NCBI RefSeq assembly: GCF_038025025.1
Contig: NW_027117348.1
Location: forward strand, 372,001 to 436,000
Source of the DNA: Phyllosticta citribraziliensis
Taxonomy: Eukaryota
DNA length: 64,000 nt
Direction: 5' to 3'
Part shown: positions 11,701 to 21,899 of the stretch, piece after piece
Numbering within the stretch: position 1 is the stretch's first letter
How the letters are laid out: the number at the start of each line of letters is the position of its first letter
Notes under the pieces: model-generated
The model's input: the letters and a program-made list of their open reading frames with translations, nothing else
What the model was told of the DNA's origin: nothing
Database searches by the model: none
Made by a program: the position numbers and the translations under genes

Positions 11701-14700
11701 AAGGCCCCTATAGTCGATATAAACCCGGAGGCCTCTACTAGGCTTCCAAACAATAAGTACTAGGGCTGTGGCTAGAGAGGTGCTGGGTCGGGCGTGCCCT
11801 TTATAGACGAGGTTGTTAATATAGTAGCGGACTGCTTCCATCTCCTGAGGGTTAAGGGGCCTGTAACCGCGAGTGAATGGGGGATCCTTTCCGGCTTCCA
11901 GGGCGATCTCATGGTCTTTAGGTGAATGGCTGGGGAGAGATTCAGCCTGCTCCTGGTTAAAGACGGAGATAAGGTCATGGAGGTAACTAGGGACTTAGGA
12001 CTTTAGTTTAGAGAGTGAGAGTTTAGGTTTCCCCCTTTTAAACTTCTTAAAGTCTTCTAGAGTGACGGCGTTGGTCGTGGCGGAACAGAGTCAGACAGTA
12101 GAGTTAGTAGGGAAGAGGATGCCAGAGTTGTAGTTGCGTTTATAGGCGAGTTGGTAGAAGGAGGTGGCACTAATAAACTTCATGTTAAAAGCAGACTACT
12201 CCTTATCCTCCTGCAGCGGAGGAGCGTCTATAGTGAAGACTTGGACTGGTTTTCCTTTGGTGAGGCAACTAGCGCGGAGATAATCCTTAGAGGAGAGGGT
12301 AATGGAGCACTATTTATAGTTGGCGGCAGCGTCATGTTTAGAGAGCCAAGGGTCCCTAAGGATGAGGGGGAGTTGTGGGATGGTCGTGACATAGTAGAAG
12401 ACCTAGCTAATGTGGTTACTAAGGGCCAAGTTTACTAGTGCGGCGTGTTTAAGGATGGAGTTAACTGACCCATCAGTATTAAGGAGCTTTATAGGTGACC
12501 AGAGTGGAAAAGTATTGATGTGACGTTTGCGCACATAACTCTTATTAATCGCGTTCACTTCAGCACTACCATCAAGTAGGATCTTTATAGGGGAACCATC
12601 TATTAAGGAGTGAAAGACTAGGTGGCCCCCGACTTAGGGTTAGGTGACATCTAGTATTAAAATCTTACAAGATGGTAAACTATAAGTTAAATCTTATTTG
12701 GTAGAGAAGGAATAGAGAGTTATAAGCTATACTAGCTAAGAACCTAGAGGGCGACTATCCCCTAGGTTTGACCTTTTAACTTAAGGTTGGCAGTGATCTC
12801 CTTATTAGTAGAGGAATTATTAGAAGAGCTGACATCTATGAGGTTCAGGTGAGCGGGGTGAGGGTTAGGGTCCTAGGTAGGGCAGACTGGGTTACTAGCG
12901 CGGTATCTAGAGCCCTAGCAGTGGAAGTAGCAGTCCTAAGCGGCGAGCTTTACGCGGCTAGTTAGGTTGAGCTTCCTAGGGGACAGCTCAGGCTCATACC
13001 AGACTCTAGTCTAACCTAGAGGTTTTATAGTGGTGGGCCTCCATTTAGGGCTAGAGGAGCTACTAGCAGTTAGGACTGAGGAGTAAGTTGCAGGGTGAGA
13101 GGGGTTGTTTCTAGCTGGCTAGCTTTACTGGCGCGAGGACTAGGAGTAAGGTTGGTGGGTGTCAATGCTAAGTATGTTTCTTTTAACATTTTAGAGGATC
13201 TTAAGGGCGTCAAAAGTCCGGGTGAAGGTTAGGTGGAGGATGTGGTGAGAGAGAGAGGGATAGAGAGAGTAAATGAAACTTTAGAGATGCTCATCCTCTA
13301 TATACCTGGCTCGGGACTAAAGGGTAAGAAGCCTTATATAGAACTTAGAGGCGTTCTTATCTCCTCTCTGGCAGATGGAGTAGAGTTCTACACGGGCTCT
13401 CTCAACTAGGTCAGAGGCGCCTAACTAGTATTTAATCTCACAAAAGAAGTCAGGGAGGGAAATGAGGTGGCCCTCAAAATTATGGTAAGAGAACCATTCT
13501 TGTATAGAGGTGAAGAGGGGGTTATTAAGGAAGCGGAGGGCATAGAGTATCCTTCTCTTCTCTATAGGGTAGAGGGGGGCATCTACTTCTAGTTTTATTT
13601 TAATAGTAAAGCACCACTAGACATACTTATCAGGGTTAGTGCTGTTAAACTTCTCTGACGGGTTCATGCCAGATTTCTAGAAGGACTTTAGCAGGATGAC
13701 CTGGGTGGTAGCAGAGTCCTTACAGAGAAAAGGGGTTTCTTTACGGTTCTAGTTAAGGTTACGGGCGGTGGTTGCTCAACTAGTAGGGGCTTAGTTCATA
13801 GGTTCTTAAGAGGTGGCAAAGTGAGGTGCTCAGGCTGAGCGGCTAGGAGGAAGGTCTTCATTATTGCTAACGGCTTCAATATGGGGAACATTAGTGACTT
13901 TATTAGCAAGCTGGTTCTATAAGGAGGCGGCCTCCATTTCTAGCGTTTAGATCTCCTTAGAGAGAGCTTAGTAGTCCATCTTCTAGGCTAGTATAGTGGC
14001 GTCCCTTCTTCCTATCCTGGCATGGAGTCTGTCAACGGCGCGGCTGAGGCTGAAGTTCTTTTTTCTAAGCTTATTAAGGATGTCCTTCATGCTATTATAG
14101 GAGGCCTAGAGTTGTTTAAAGGTTGCCGTTTCTTTGATGGCAGCTGAAGAGGTCCTAGAGGAGGAGGCATGGTAGAGCACCTATTAGTAGTCAGTAATAA
14201 GGTCCTAGAGAAATAAGAATAGGGAGGAGGCAGCATTTAGAGTTTTAGTAATAAAATCCTTAAAGGCGTGTAGGGATTCCTATTCTAAAGGGAATAGGTA
14301 GCAGGCTCCTCCATTATAGATAGGGAGGCTGGTAAGGTTCAAGCCAGGATAGATAACTAGGATGGCGGTGCGGTTAGATAAGGAGTTACTATCATTATTG
14401 ATACTAGTGGTTTCTAAGCTAGGGAGCGGGATGTTGGCCGGGTTCGTGTCTAGATATGTGGTAGAAGGGCCTCTACCCTTATCTAACTAGGGTCCTTATT
14501 TATTAGTGAAGAGCGGGCGGCTAGTAGCCGCCGCCTTAGCCTTATTAATATTAAGTTTAAGCATGTTAGAGGTTCGGGGGGCTAGTTCATTTAAAGTGTT
14601 CTAAGTGGTATCTATTAGAGCATCAGTGGTGGAGGAAGTTTAGGATAAGACCGATTAAGAGCGGGTAATAGGGGTGTGGTATAAGTGCTCTACAGAGCGG

Positions 14701-14829
14701 TAAGGGCGGGGGCTAGAGGCTTCAGAAAATATGGTGTTCTAGGTGCTTAATTGGTGAGGCGGATTTCTAAAATAGGAAGTAGGGGCTACTTTAAACGTAG
14801 CAATAAGGTCGTCGGGTAAAGTTGAAGAG

Positions 14830-14893
14830 ACCTTAGACTTATATAAGGCTTAAAGAGGCAAGTACTGCATTTAGCTAACTAAAAGTCTAAGGT
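14830..14893 (-). promoter_or_regulatory. Tf1-type self-priming PBS (14830-14840) and complementary 11-nt predicted transcript 5' end (14883-14893)
   Basis: ACCTTAGACTT (14830-14840) and AAGTCTAAGGT (14883-14893) are exact 11-bp inverted repeats. The PBS sits 1 nt from the 5' LTR, and a TATA-like TATAAC lies on the minus strand at ~14938-14943. Confidence 0.75.
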
Positions 14894-15046
14894 AAAGAGA
14901 AAAGGAGAAGTAGAGTAAGAGAGAAGATAGAGAAGTAGTTATAGTAGGCTGATTACTCAGCCTACTAAGCGAGCGCATAGTCACGTGCTCGCTTTCGCCG
15001 GGTAGGATTCCGGCGAACTGGACCTTGCGCAGGCGCGGGCCTGACA
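14842..15046 (-). repeat. 5' LTR of the nested element
   Basis: Direct repeat of 8509-8713, followed by the TSD GGTAT. Confidence 0.96.
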
Positions 15047-15171
15047 GGTATAAAGAGAAGGTTAAGAAATAGATAGGAAGTAAGTATCTTTTATATTTTA
15101 TTCTTTTAACTTAATATTTAATTAAGATATATATATATTCTCTAGCAGTTCGCCTTTAGCCCTAACCTATA

Positions 15172-17700
15172 AAATGAGAAACTTATAAGTTATAATAAGT
15201 TTTACCTTATTAGTAATATTAATTAATCTTTTTTATATCTTATATCTTATATACTATTTAATGCCCCTCTTCTATCTATTACTTACTCCTTCCTCTTATA
15301 CACTTCCCTCCATTATATATAGCTATAATAACCTCATATACTCTAATTATCCCCTTCTATATAAAGTTATTCCTTCTTCTTCCTCTAATACTCCTTCTCT
15401 TTATATAACCACTCTAGATCGTGTCCTTTCTTAGTTAAAGTCCATCTTAGACTATTAGTATCTTTCTTATAATCACTCTAGACTAAGTTCATCTTAGAGA
15501 TCTTTCTATTTATATTAACTACTAATATAATAAACCCCTTTTCTCCTTCTTAAAGAAAGGGTTAAGCTTAGTTATAAAGGTCTTATTATATACTCAGTTT
15601 TTATTAAGAGGGCCTTAACATTTAAAGTTACTCTTAATACTTATTATATTTCCTTATTTATAGTATAGATGGCCATTAATAGTATTTTAGAAAGGACATC
15701 ATCAAGATTACTAGTAAGGCTAAAATTTCTTAATATTTTTAGTATAGTTTTCTAGTCTAGATTCGCCCCTTTAAATATACTAAGTAGGCTACCTAGTATA
15801 CTATCCCCCTAGTATAGTTACTAATTTTATCAGCCTAGAGAGAGACCTTTAGAAAAATAACTCCCCTAGTAAACTTAGTAAATAGAACTATCTCTCTCTT
15901 AATAGCCCTTCCATAAATAAAGATCAATCACGTGACTAATCACGTGATTTAGTAAAAGCTCTAGTTTTTCTAAGTTATCCCCTTTAGCAACTCTACTTTA
16001 GGACCTCTAGGTATTTTTATTTATAGAGCTCATTTATAGATAGCTCTTTTAAATTCTCTTTTACCTTTATTTCTTTATAAAAACTAAATATTAATTTCTC
16101 TAAAATAGTATAGAGTTTTCTCGCGGCTCTGCTAGGTTTAAATGAGTAGAGAGAGTTCTTTTTAGAAGGAAAAATACTTTATACCTGAGGCAAGAACTAC
16201 TTTTATATAGAAAGGGTATGTTAAATTTTTTACTCTTTTCTCTAGACTAAGCCTATAAAGCCTAACTATATACTTCTTCCTTAATCCCTACGCGTCACGT
16301 GATATTAGTGAGCCTAAGGTAGTCTTTTAGCTAAGTCTACTCTACCATCTCACAATACCTTTCTCTAGCGCTAAGAGAACTAGCGTCTATTATATAATAA
16401 TAGACGGAAGTTTCTAACTTAGTATATTCTTTCTAGTAAATAAAATACTAGTGAGTTAGATAATGCCTAACTATTAATTAGAATAACTAGAAAGAAGGTA
16501 CTTTACTAATTAGTAGTTTTCCTAACTACTAATAAAATATACTGGCCTAATTAATTTAGAGCCTAGTACCTAATAAAAATAATAGAAGGAATCTTTCCTT
16601 CTATATAATTATATAGTAGTTATCTTTCTACCTATATAACTATATAGGAACTACGTCTAGCGTAAAACTAACTCTCTAATAAAACTTAGCTTTAGTAAGA
16701 TATTAAGGAATTATTAGATTCCTTAATAGAATAAAGTTATTAGGAGAAATCATTATTCCTAATAACTTTTAAAGGTTTAACTAGCAATAACTTAATAACT
16801 AATTAAGATATAGCAATTCTGAAAGATGTTCTAGGCTTCTACTATATAGAAGTATAGAACCTCTATATAAGATATTTAGTACCCTGCTCCCTATTAGGTA
16901 GGTAGGGAGGTCCTAGCTAGGTCTTTATATAGGGAAGACCTATAAATTGAGATAGATTAGAAGGTGACTAAGCCTAAGAGGTATTACCATATAATACCTT
17001 AGGGCCTATAGTAATTATCTAGTAATTCTGAAGTTTATCCATCCGCTAGGTAATTTTCTATAGGAATGTATTGTTTAAGCCTTTCCTTCTTTTTATTTTA
17101 AATATCTCGCTAACGAGTTACCGGATTAGGACGGGAAATATACCATTTAAACTGCCTAATTCTGCTCTATAGGCTCAAATATTAAGCTTATCTAAAAGTT
17201 ACCTGGAAGGTACTAAAACTGAATAAACCTTCTAGGATGAGGTTATTATACTAGAGGCTAATTTCTCTCTAAGTAATTACTTAATTCATTAAGGATTATA
17301 TAAGAAAATAAGGTACTTAGGAAAATTATCTATATATCTAAGTAGTCTTAGCTATTAAGCCTATTTATAGGGATAGCCTAGGTAACACTATTATATATAT
17401 ATTTATAAGGTACTACTTATAATTTATTATATTTAGTATTTAGCACTCCTACTTATGTATATACAAGCCCTATTTAATTAGTCTATAGATTAAAGTAAGC
17501 TTTATTATCCTATACTAGCTATATAATAACTACTCCTACTCCTTACCTATTAAATATTAGTAGTCTATATTAATTCACTCTACTAGGCGCCGTGATATAC
17601 TAGTTCTAGTTGATCCCTTAATATCTACTAGTTTATGAGCGCTATTTGCGCAGCTATTCCTAGAAAAGATGTTAATTCTCAGGTAATAAACGAGCGTAAT
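15172..17700. pseudogene. Unclassified heavily RIP-mutated sequence; possible divergent pair of gene relics
   Basis: Extremely TpA-rich. A plus-strand frame at ~16000-17340 reads with mostly TAA/TAG (RIP-type) stops and has a GTATGT intron donor near 16216. A tandem AATCACGTGA motif lies at ~15926-15948. No transposase or RT motif was recognised. Confidence 0.4.
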
Positions 17701-17769
17701 TAAATTAAGTTGTTAGTTAGGCGCTAGTATAAGGGGAAGTGTGCGGTGAAGCGTAAGAAGGCTTCTAGT

Positions 17770-18316
17770 AAAAGTAATCATCACCATTATCGCAACCCCC
17801 GTCGTCATATCCATCATCTTCTTCATATTAGTCTTTACTTTCGTCATTTTCTTCATTTCTACAGCCATCGTTATAACCGTCGTCGTAGACGGCTTTATGT
17901 CCCTTATTTGCTGCCTTTACGTGGACCGTCCCACAAACTGCTCTTGGTTTTCTTGGTTATCTTCTGCTTGGGGATCATTTCGGTAAGGTCTAAAGGGTGC
18001 GCTACGGCATGGATACGGGCATTGATAATTAGATGCTGCTAGAAGCGCTTAAAGTGTTTAATGTGGAGAAAGGTGAAAAACTCGTCGGCGTACTTTCTAG
18101 TAGAAGAAAGGCATGGCTCTCGGTTATGCCGGTATTTGTGCATTCTCTTTAGATTAAAGAATTCGAGGAAGACGCGCAGGATAGCGGTCTCGCGGGGAAG
18201 CCTCTACTCAGGATGCCGCTCAAAGATGTTGTAAAGCCGGTGCGCCTGCTTAAGGTTTCGGTCAAGGTTCGTGAATTCGTAGTTGTTTCCAGGTCTTCGA
18301 GGGTGAGAGGAGCCAT
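17770..18316 (-). pseudogene. Partially RIP-mutated, frameshifted hypothetical gene with an acidic tail
   Basis: ATGGCTCCT starts at 18316. After a frameshift the minus strand reads NNYEFTNLDRNLKQAHRLYNIFERHPE*RLPRETAILRVFLEFF...KHFKRF*QHLII..., followed by a D/E-rich segment. The TAG stops are RIP-like. Confidence 0.5.
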
Positions 18317-18459
18317 TGCGCGCAGGCGCGGAGGCGCGAAGGGTTGGCGAAGTGTTTTTTGTCGAGGAGGTCGTCTTTGGCGCGCGGGCGCGGGCGCGGG
18401 CGCGTTTGATCGGTCAAAACGTTTGGACAGTTTGATTCGCGTGGGCGCGTCATTTGCGG

Positions 18460-19225
18460 CGGCGCACCCGAGTTGTCGTTTGCTTGAGGTTCGCGGGCGC
18501 GGTGGCGCGAGTTATCGTGAAGTGTTTGTTCCGTTGCGGGCATGACGCTGCTTTAGGCGCAGTTTGCTAAAGAGACGCAGGCGCAGTTTGCTAAAGAGAC
18601 GTCCATTAAGAGTCATTTAGCACTTCAGAGGCCAGCAGACGCACACGCTGCGGCGCGGAACCAAAGTTTTCAGCTACCACTATTATGGAAATGGATTATG
18701 AAGGCATGGAAGGTTGGTTCGAGTAGGTGTCGCGCCCATAGGCGGCCAAAGGGACGTCCAGGGCACGTGCCACCTGACTAACTACTACTACTCTGCAGGC
18801 GCTCAGTGCTCGATTCCGTAAAAGTGCGGGATCATCGGTCAAGATGTTTCCATGGTTTGCTTGGTCATTCGCGTGGGTGCGGCGGCTCGCGAATTATCAC
18901 TTTGTTTGCGCGCGAGGCTTTACAGAAGCGTGAGTTTTCGGTTTTCGGTTTCGCGGGCGCGATGGCGCAGTGGTGAAGTGGCGCGGTAGCGCTCGAGTTG
19001 TCGTTTGTTTAAGCGCAGGGTTGTAGAATCGCGAATTATCGTTTGCTTGAGCGCGAGTTTGCAGAAGCGCGAGTTATCGTGAAGTGCTTATCGAGCAGAA
19101 CACTCTCAGGCGCAGTCTACTAAGAGATATCTATCAAGGCCCTTGGCTCAGTTCAGAGGCTAGCGGATACACACGCCGAGGCGTGGAGCCGAAGCACCCA
19201 GCTTTCAATATTGTAAAAATGGAAG
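18460..19225. repeat. Diverged local duplication (~18460-18690 vs ~18990-19225) with degenerate ~38-bp subunits and a 24-bp tandem duplication
   Basis: Both copies share the order CGAGTTGTCGTTTG...GCGCGAGTTATCGTGAAGTG...AGGCGCAGT...TTCAGAGGC...ACACGC...AAATGGA. AGGCGCAGTTTGCTAAAGAGACG occurs twice in tandem at 18555-18601. Confidence 0.7.
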
Positions 19226-19377
19226 ATCACCATACAAAGCGAGAGTGTCGGTAATCAATCGACGGGTAATGTGCATGCGATAAGCAGAAGTGGGGGGCCG
19301 ACGCCTTGGTGAAAAGCGACAACAGTTTCACAGGCAATCCTGAATGATAGCCGAACCGACATCGATATATTCAAAGC

Positions 19378-20166
19378 ATGAAGTTCGCCAGCGCTGGTCC
19401 TTGCACGTGGCTGCTGATTGGCGCAGCTGTCTCGTCCACTCAGGATGTCATCGCAGAGCCGCAGCTGTCCATCAACTCGATCCCGTTCAGCACTCGAGCA
19501 TACTGGATGCGACAATCGAACACAGCGCTAGCTGAGCTATCGTCGCCATGTCCCTTTGCTGCGTTCGGGAGTGTCATCGTCAACCACACGGGCGAGGGCT
19601 TGGGGGAGCTGGTGTGCATCGGTGCAAATTCAAATAGCCAGACGGGCAACCCAAGCATGCACGGTACGTTGACGAGGCTACCAAGAAGCCTGACTGACGC
19701 CGATTTCGCCAGGAGAGATGGCTGCCATTGCCAACTGCACAGCGACGCTGACCGATCCTGCTGGTCGGTACAAGCTGACCGCGAGCGAGGCGCAAGCCGC
19801 GTTTGCCCAGCTGAGCCTCTACACCAACGCCGAGAGCTGTCCCATGGTATACCAACCCATCCCCATGTTGTTCATCGTCGCTGAGTTTCGTCGCAGTGTG
19901 CATCGGCGATTCGTTGGGCAGGCTTTCGAGAGTACGTGTACGGGACTAGCATCGAGACGCTGATACGGCAAGGATGGGGGCAAATTCGAGTTTCGTCGAT
20001 GGAAATCTTTCGGCAGTCGTTCGACCTGCCGAACCAAGCCAGGCTCATCGGCGACGTTTTGACGAACGAAACGGACCCGTACTTTCTGTGGCAGTACAAC
20101 CCCGACTACCCGTGCCCGGCGGGCTGCGAACGGAGGAGCGGGACCTGCAAGGAGAAGAGCAGTTAG
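19378..20166 (+). CDS. Putative secreted zinc-dependent nucleobase/nucleoside deaminase (cytidine/dCMP deaminase-like, guanine deaminase/TadA-type fold); 3 exons
   Basis: Introns 19664-19712 and 19847-19896 restore the HGE and ESCPMC zinc motifs (HxE...CxxC). PFAAFGSVIVN and AIRWAGFREYVYG are also present. The N-terminus is hydrophobic and signal-like, and the C-terminus is Cys-rich. Confidence 0.88.
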
Positions 20167-20381
20167 CCGTGTGCTTTTCCATCGAGGGCGGGGTCGTCGA
20201 CGGAGAGATAGCGAGCAAATCGCACGCGTCGGAAGAGGGTGACGCGAACCGGCGAGTCGCGACAGGTGAGCTCTAGGGTGGGAGAGATAAAGCCACGGTC
20301 GGCCGGCAGCGGATGGTCTTCGTCGACAGCAACCCTTCACCGTGCTAAGAATCGAGCAGCAGGTAGACAACGAGAACAACC

Positions 20382-21439
20382 ATGGCGACGCAGTATAGCG
20401 ACCGCGCGATTCCGCAGGTTGGTCCAGGCTCCAGTTGGTGTTTTCGGTTGATTCGCGGCGGTCGCGTCGGCTTACGTAACCTGCCCAGATCTCTCTCGCC
20501 GACTTTGACGACCGCGTCGAAGTCATCACCGGCCAGCTCATCGATGCCGCTGAGAATGTCGGCTTCTTTTCCATCGTCGACCATGGCATTCCCGTCGCCG
20601 ACATTGAATCCATGTTCGACACCGCCGAGGCCTTTTTCCGGCTCTCCGACGACGTCAAGGCCACTGTCCCTTGGAACGCCCAGAATGTAGGCTGGGAGAA
20701 GAACTCTCAGGTCCGGCCATCGACTGGCGTCGCAGACACGAAGGAGTCGTACCAGATACAGTTTGGCGAGAACATGGACGGTCTTTGGATTGCCGATGAG
20801 AAGGTACCTGGGTTCAAGCACGAAACGTCGCGTTTCATGCACCGGGTCCAGGCCATCTCTGAAAAGCTGATGGTCTGCTTCGCTCGCGGCCTTGGATTCG
20901 CCGATGACTTCTTCATCAAGGCACACGATATTGCGCGCCCGAACAGTCAGTCCGTGCTTCGTCTTCTCCACTACTTTGACTTGCCCTCAGAAACCCCAGC
21001 CGGTGAAGTCCGTCATCGAGCCGGGCCGCACGCCGATTGGGGCTTCTTGACCCTGCTTTTCCAGCGCACCGGCCAGAGCGGACTTGAAATTTGTCCCGGT
21101 CGCGAAGTCAGTACCGAGTTTGGGTATGGTGACGACTGGACCAAGGTAGCTCCGCGGACCGGCGAGATTGTCTGCAATATTGGCGACTTGCTCATGTCAT
21201 GGAGCGACGACCGATTCAAGTCAACCTTCCACAGAGTCAAGGCACCATCTGAGCCGGGAGACTTCTACGGCGATCGGTACTCTATCGCATTTTTCAACCA
21301 GCCATGCAAAGACACAGAGATCCAGGGTCCTATGAAGAAGTATCCCATGGTCACTGGCCATCAATTCACGGCTGCCGCTATGAAGCGGAACTTCGCGGCT
21401 TTGGAGGCAAAGAGGAGCGCGATGGCGCAGGTCAAATGA
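20382..21439 (+). CDS. 2-oxoglutarate/Fe(II) dioxygenase (IPNS/DIOX_N family); 2 exons
   Basis: Intron 20418-20488 gives IPQISLADF...AAENVGFFSIVDHGI. The HxD (HAD)...H (FHRV)...RYS iron and 2OG-binding motifs and NIGDLLMSWSDD are present. Confidence 0.93.
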
Positions 21440-21899
21440 TTGTCGAGCCAAGGATCTCGTGCTTTGAATGGGGGCTTGGGCCACATCCAGTTATACGAGT
21501 CGAATTGAGACAATGATGTTTAGTCGTTGCACCTACCATCTTAATGTTGGATCTACATGAAGAGGCAGACCTACCAGGTATTCTTCATCTTCGTGGAATG
21601 TTTGAAGCGATTGCCCAATGCCGCGCTTTTGCAGTGTACACCACGTACCCATGTAGAGATGCGGGTGTTCGTAAAGGCGCGAAACAAAGCTTACTCGACC
21701 ACGACTCACCTGAATTTCTCGCATGTGCTGTTGCTCTCCTCAAGCATCTTTTCTCCCGCGTCACGCGATCAAAGCCCGCAGAAATCTTGATGCGGCACGC
21801 AGCCATTCTACAGCCGAGACGCCACTCTGCACTTGACCACGGCGAAATGAGAAAACGACGTCCACGCAAATGTAGCTACAACACTTACGCTTCGTCTTC

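Larger units (their letters stand above)
8509..15046 (-). mobile_element. Complete nested Ty3/Gypsy chromovirus LTR retrotransposon (6538 bp), moderately RIP-mutated
   Basis: It has two 205-bp LTRs and a 5-bp TSD GGTAT (8504-8508 and 15047-15051). The poly-C at 8714-8733 is the PPT on the minus strand. Minus-strand motifs are a gag Zn-knuckle (~12880-12935), protease ILLDGSA (~12570), RT AYLDDILIF (~11400-11430), RNase H ETDTSDF (~10930), integrase GHPG and MVDRLTK (~10110, 9861) and chromodomain EWEVAKVINS (~9000). Confidence 0.96.
2423..15171 (+). mobile_element. Outer Ty3/Gypsy (chromovirus) LTR retrotransposon: 5'-truncated, heavily RIP-mutated, 3' LTR interrupted by a nested element
   Basis: RIP-degraded motifs occur in Gypsy order: gag end (~2450-2750), protease (~2900-3200), RT (YLDDFIVAFMDNILI ~3950-4000), RNase H (ETDASD-like ~4410-4440), integrase (~5100-6100) and chromodomain (PEWEV-like ~6180). 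A polypurine tract (AGGGGGGATA) lies at ~8284-8293 and the LTR starts TGTCA at 8294. The LTR resumes at 15052; its right end (~15171) is approximate. TpA and TAA/TAG are in very large excess. Confidence 0.88.

Noticed and set aside
15150..15171. CCCTAA-like sequence suggesting a telomeric repeat
   Set aside because: A single unit only, within the probable LTR end.
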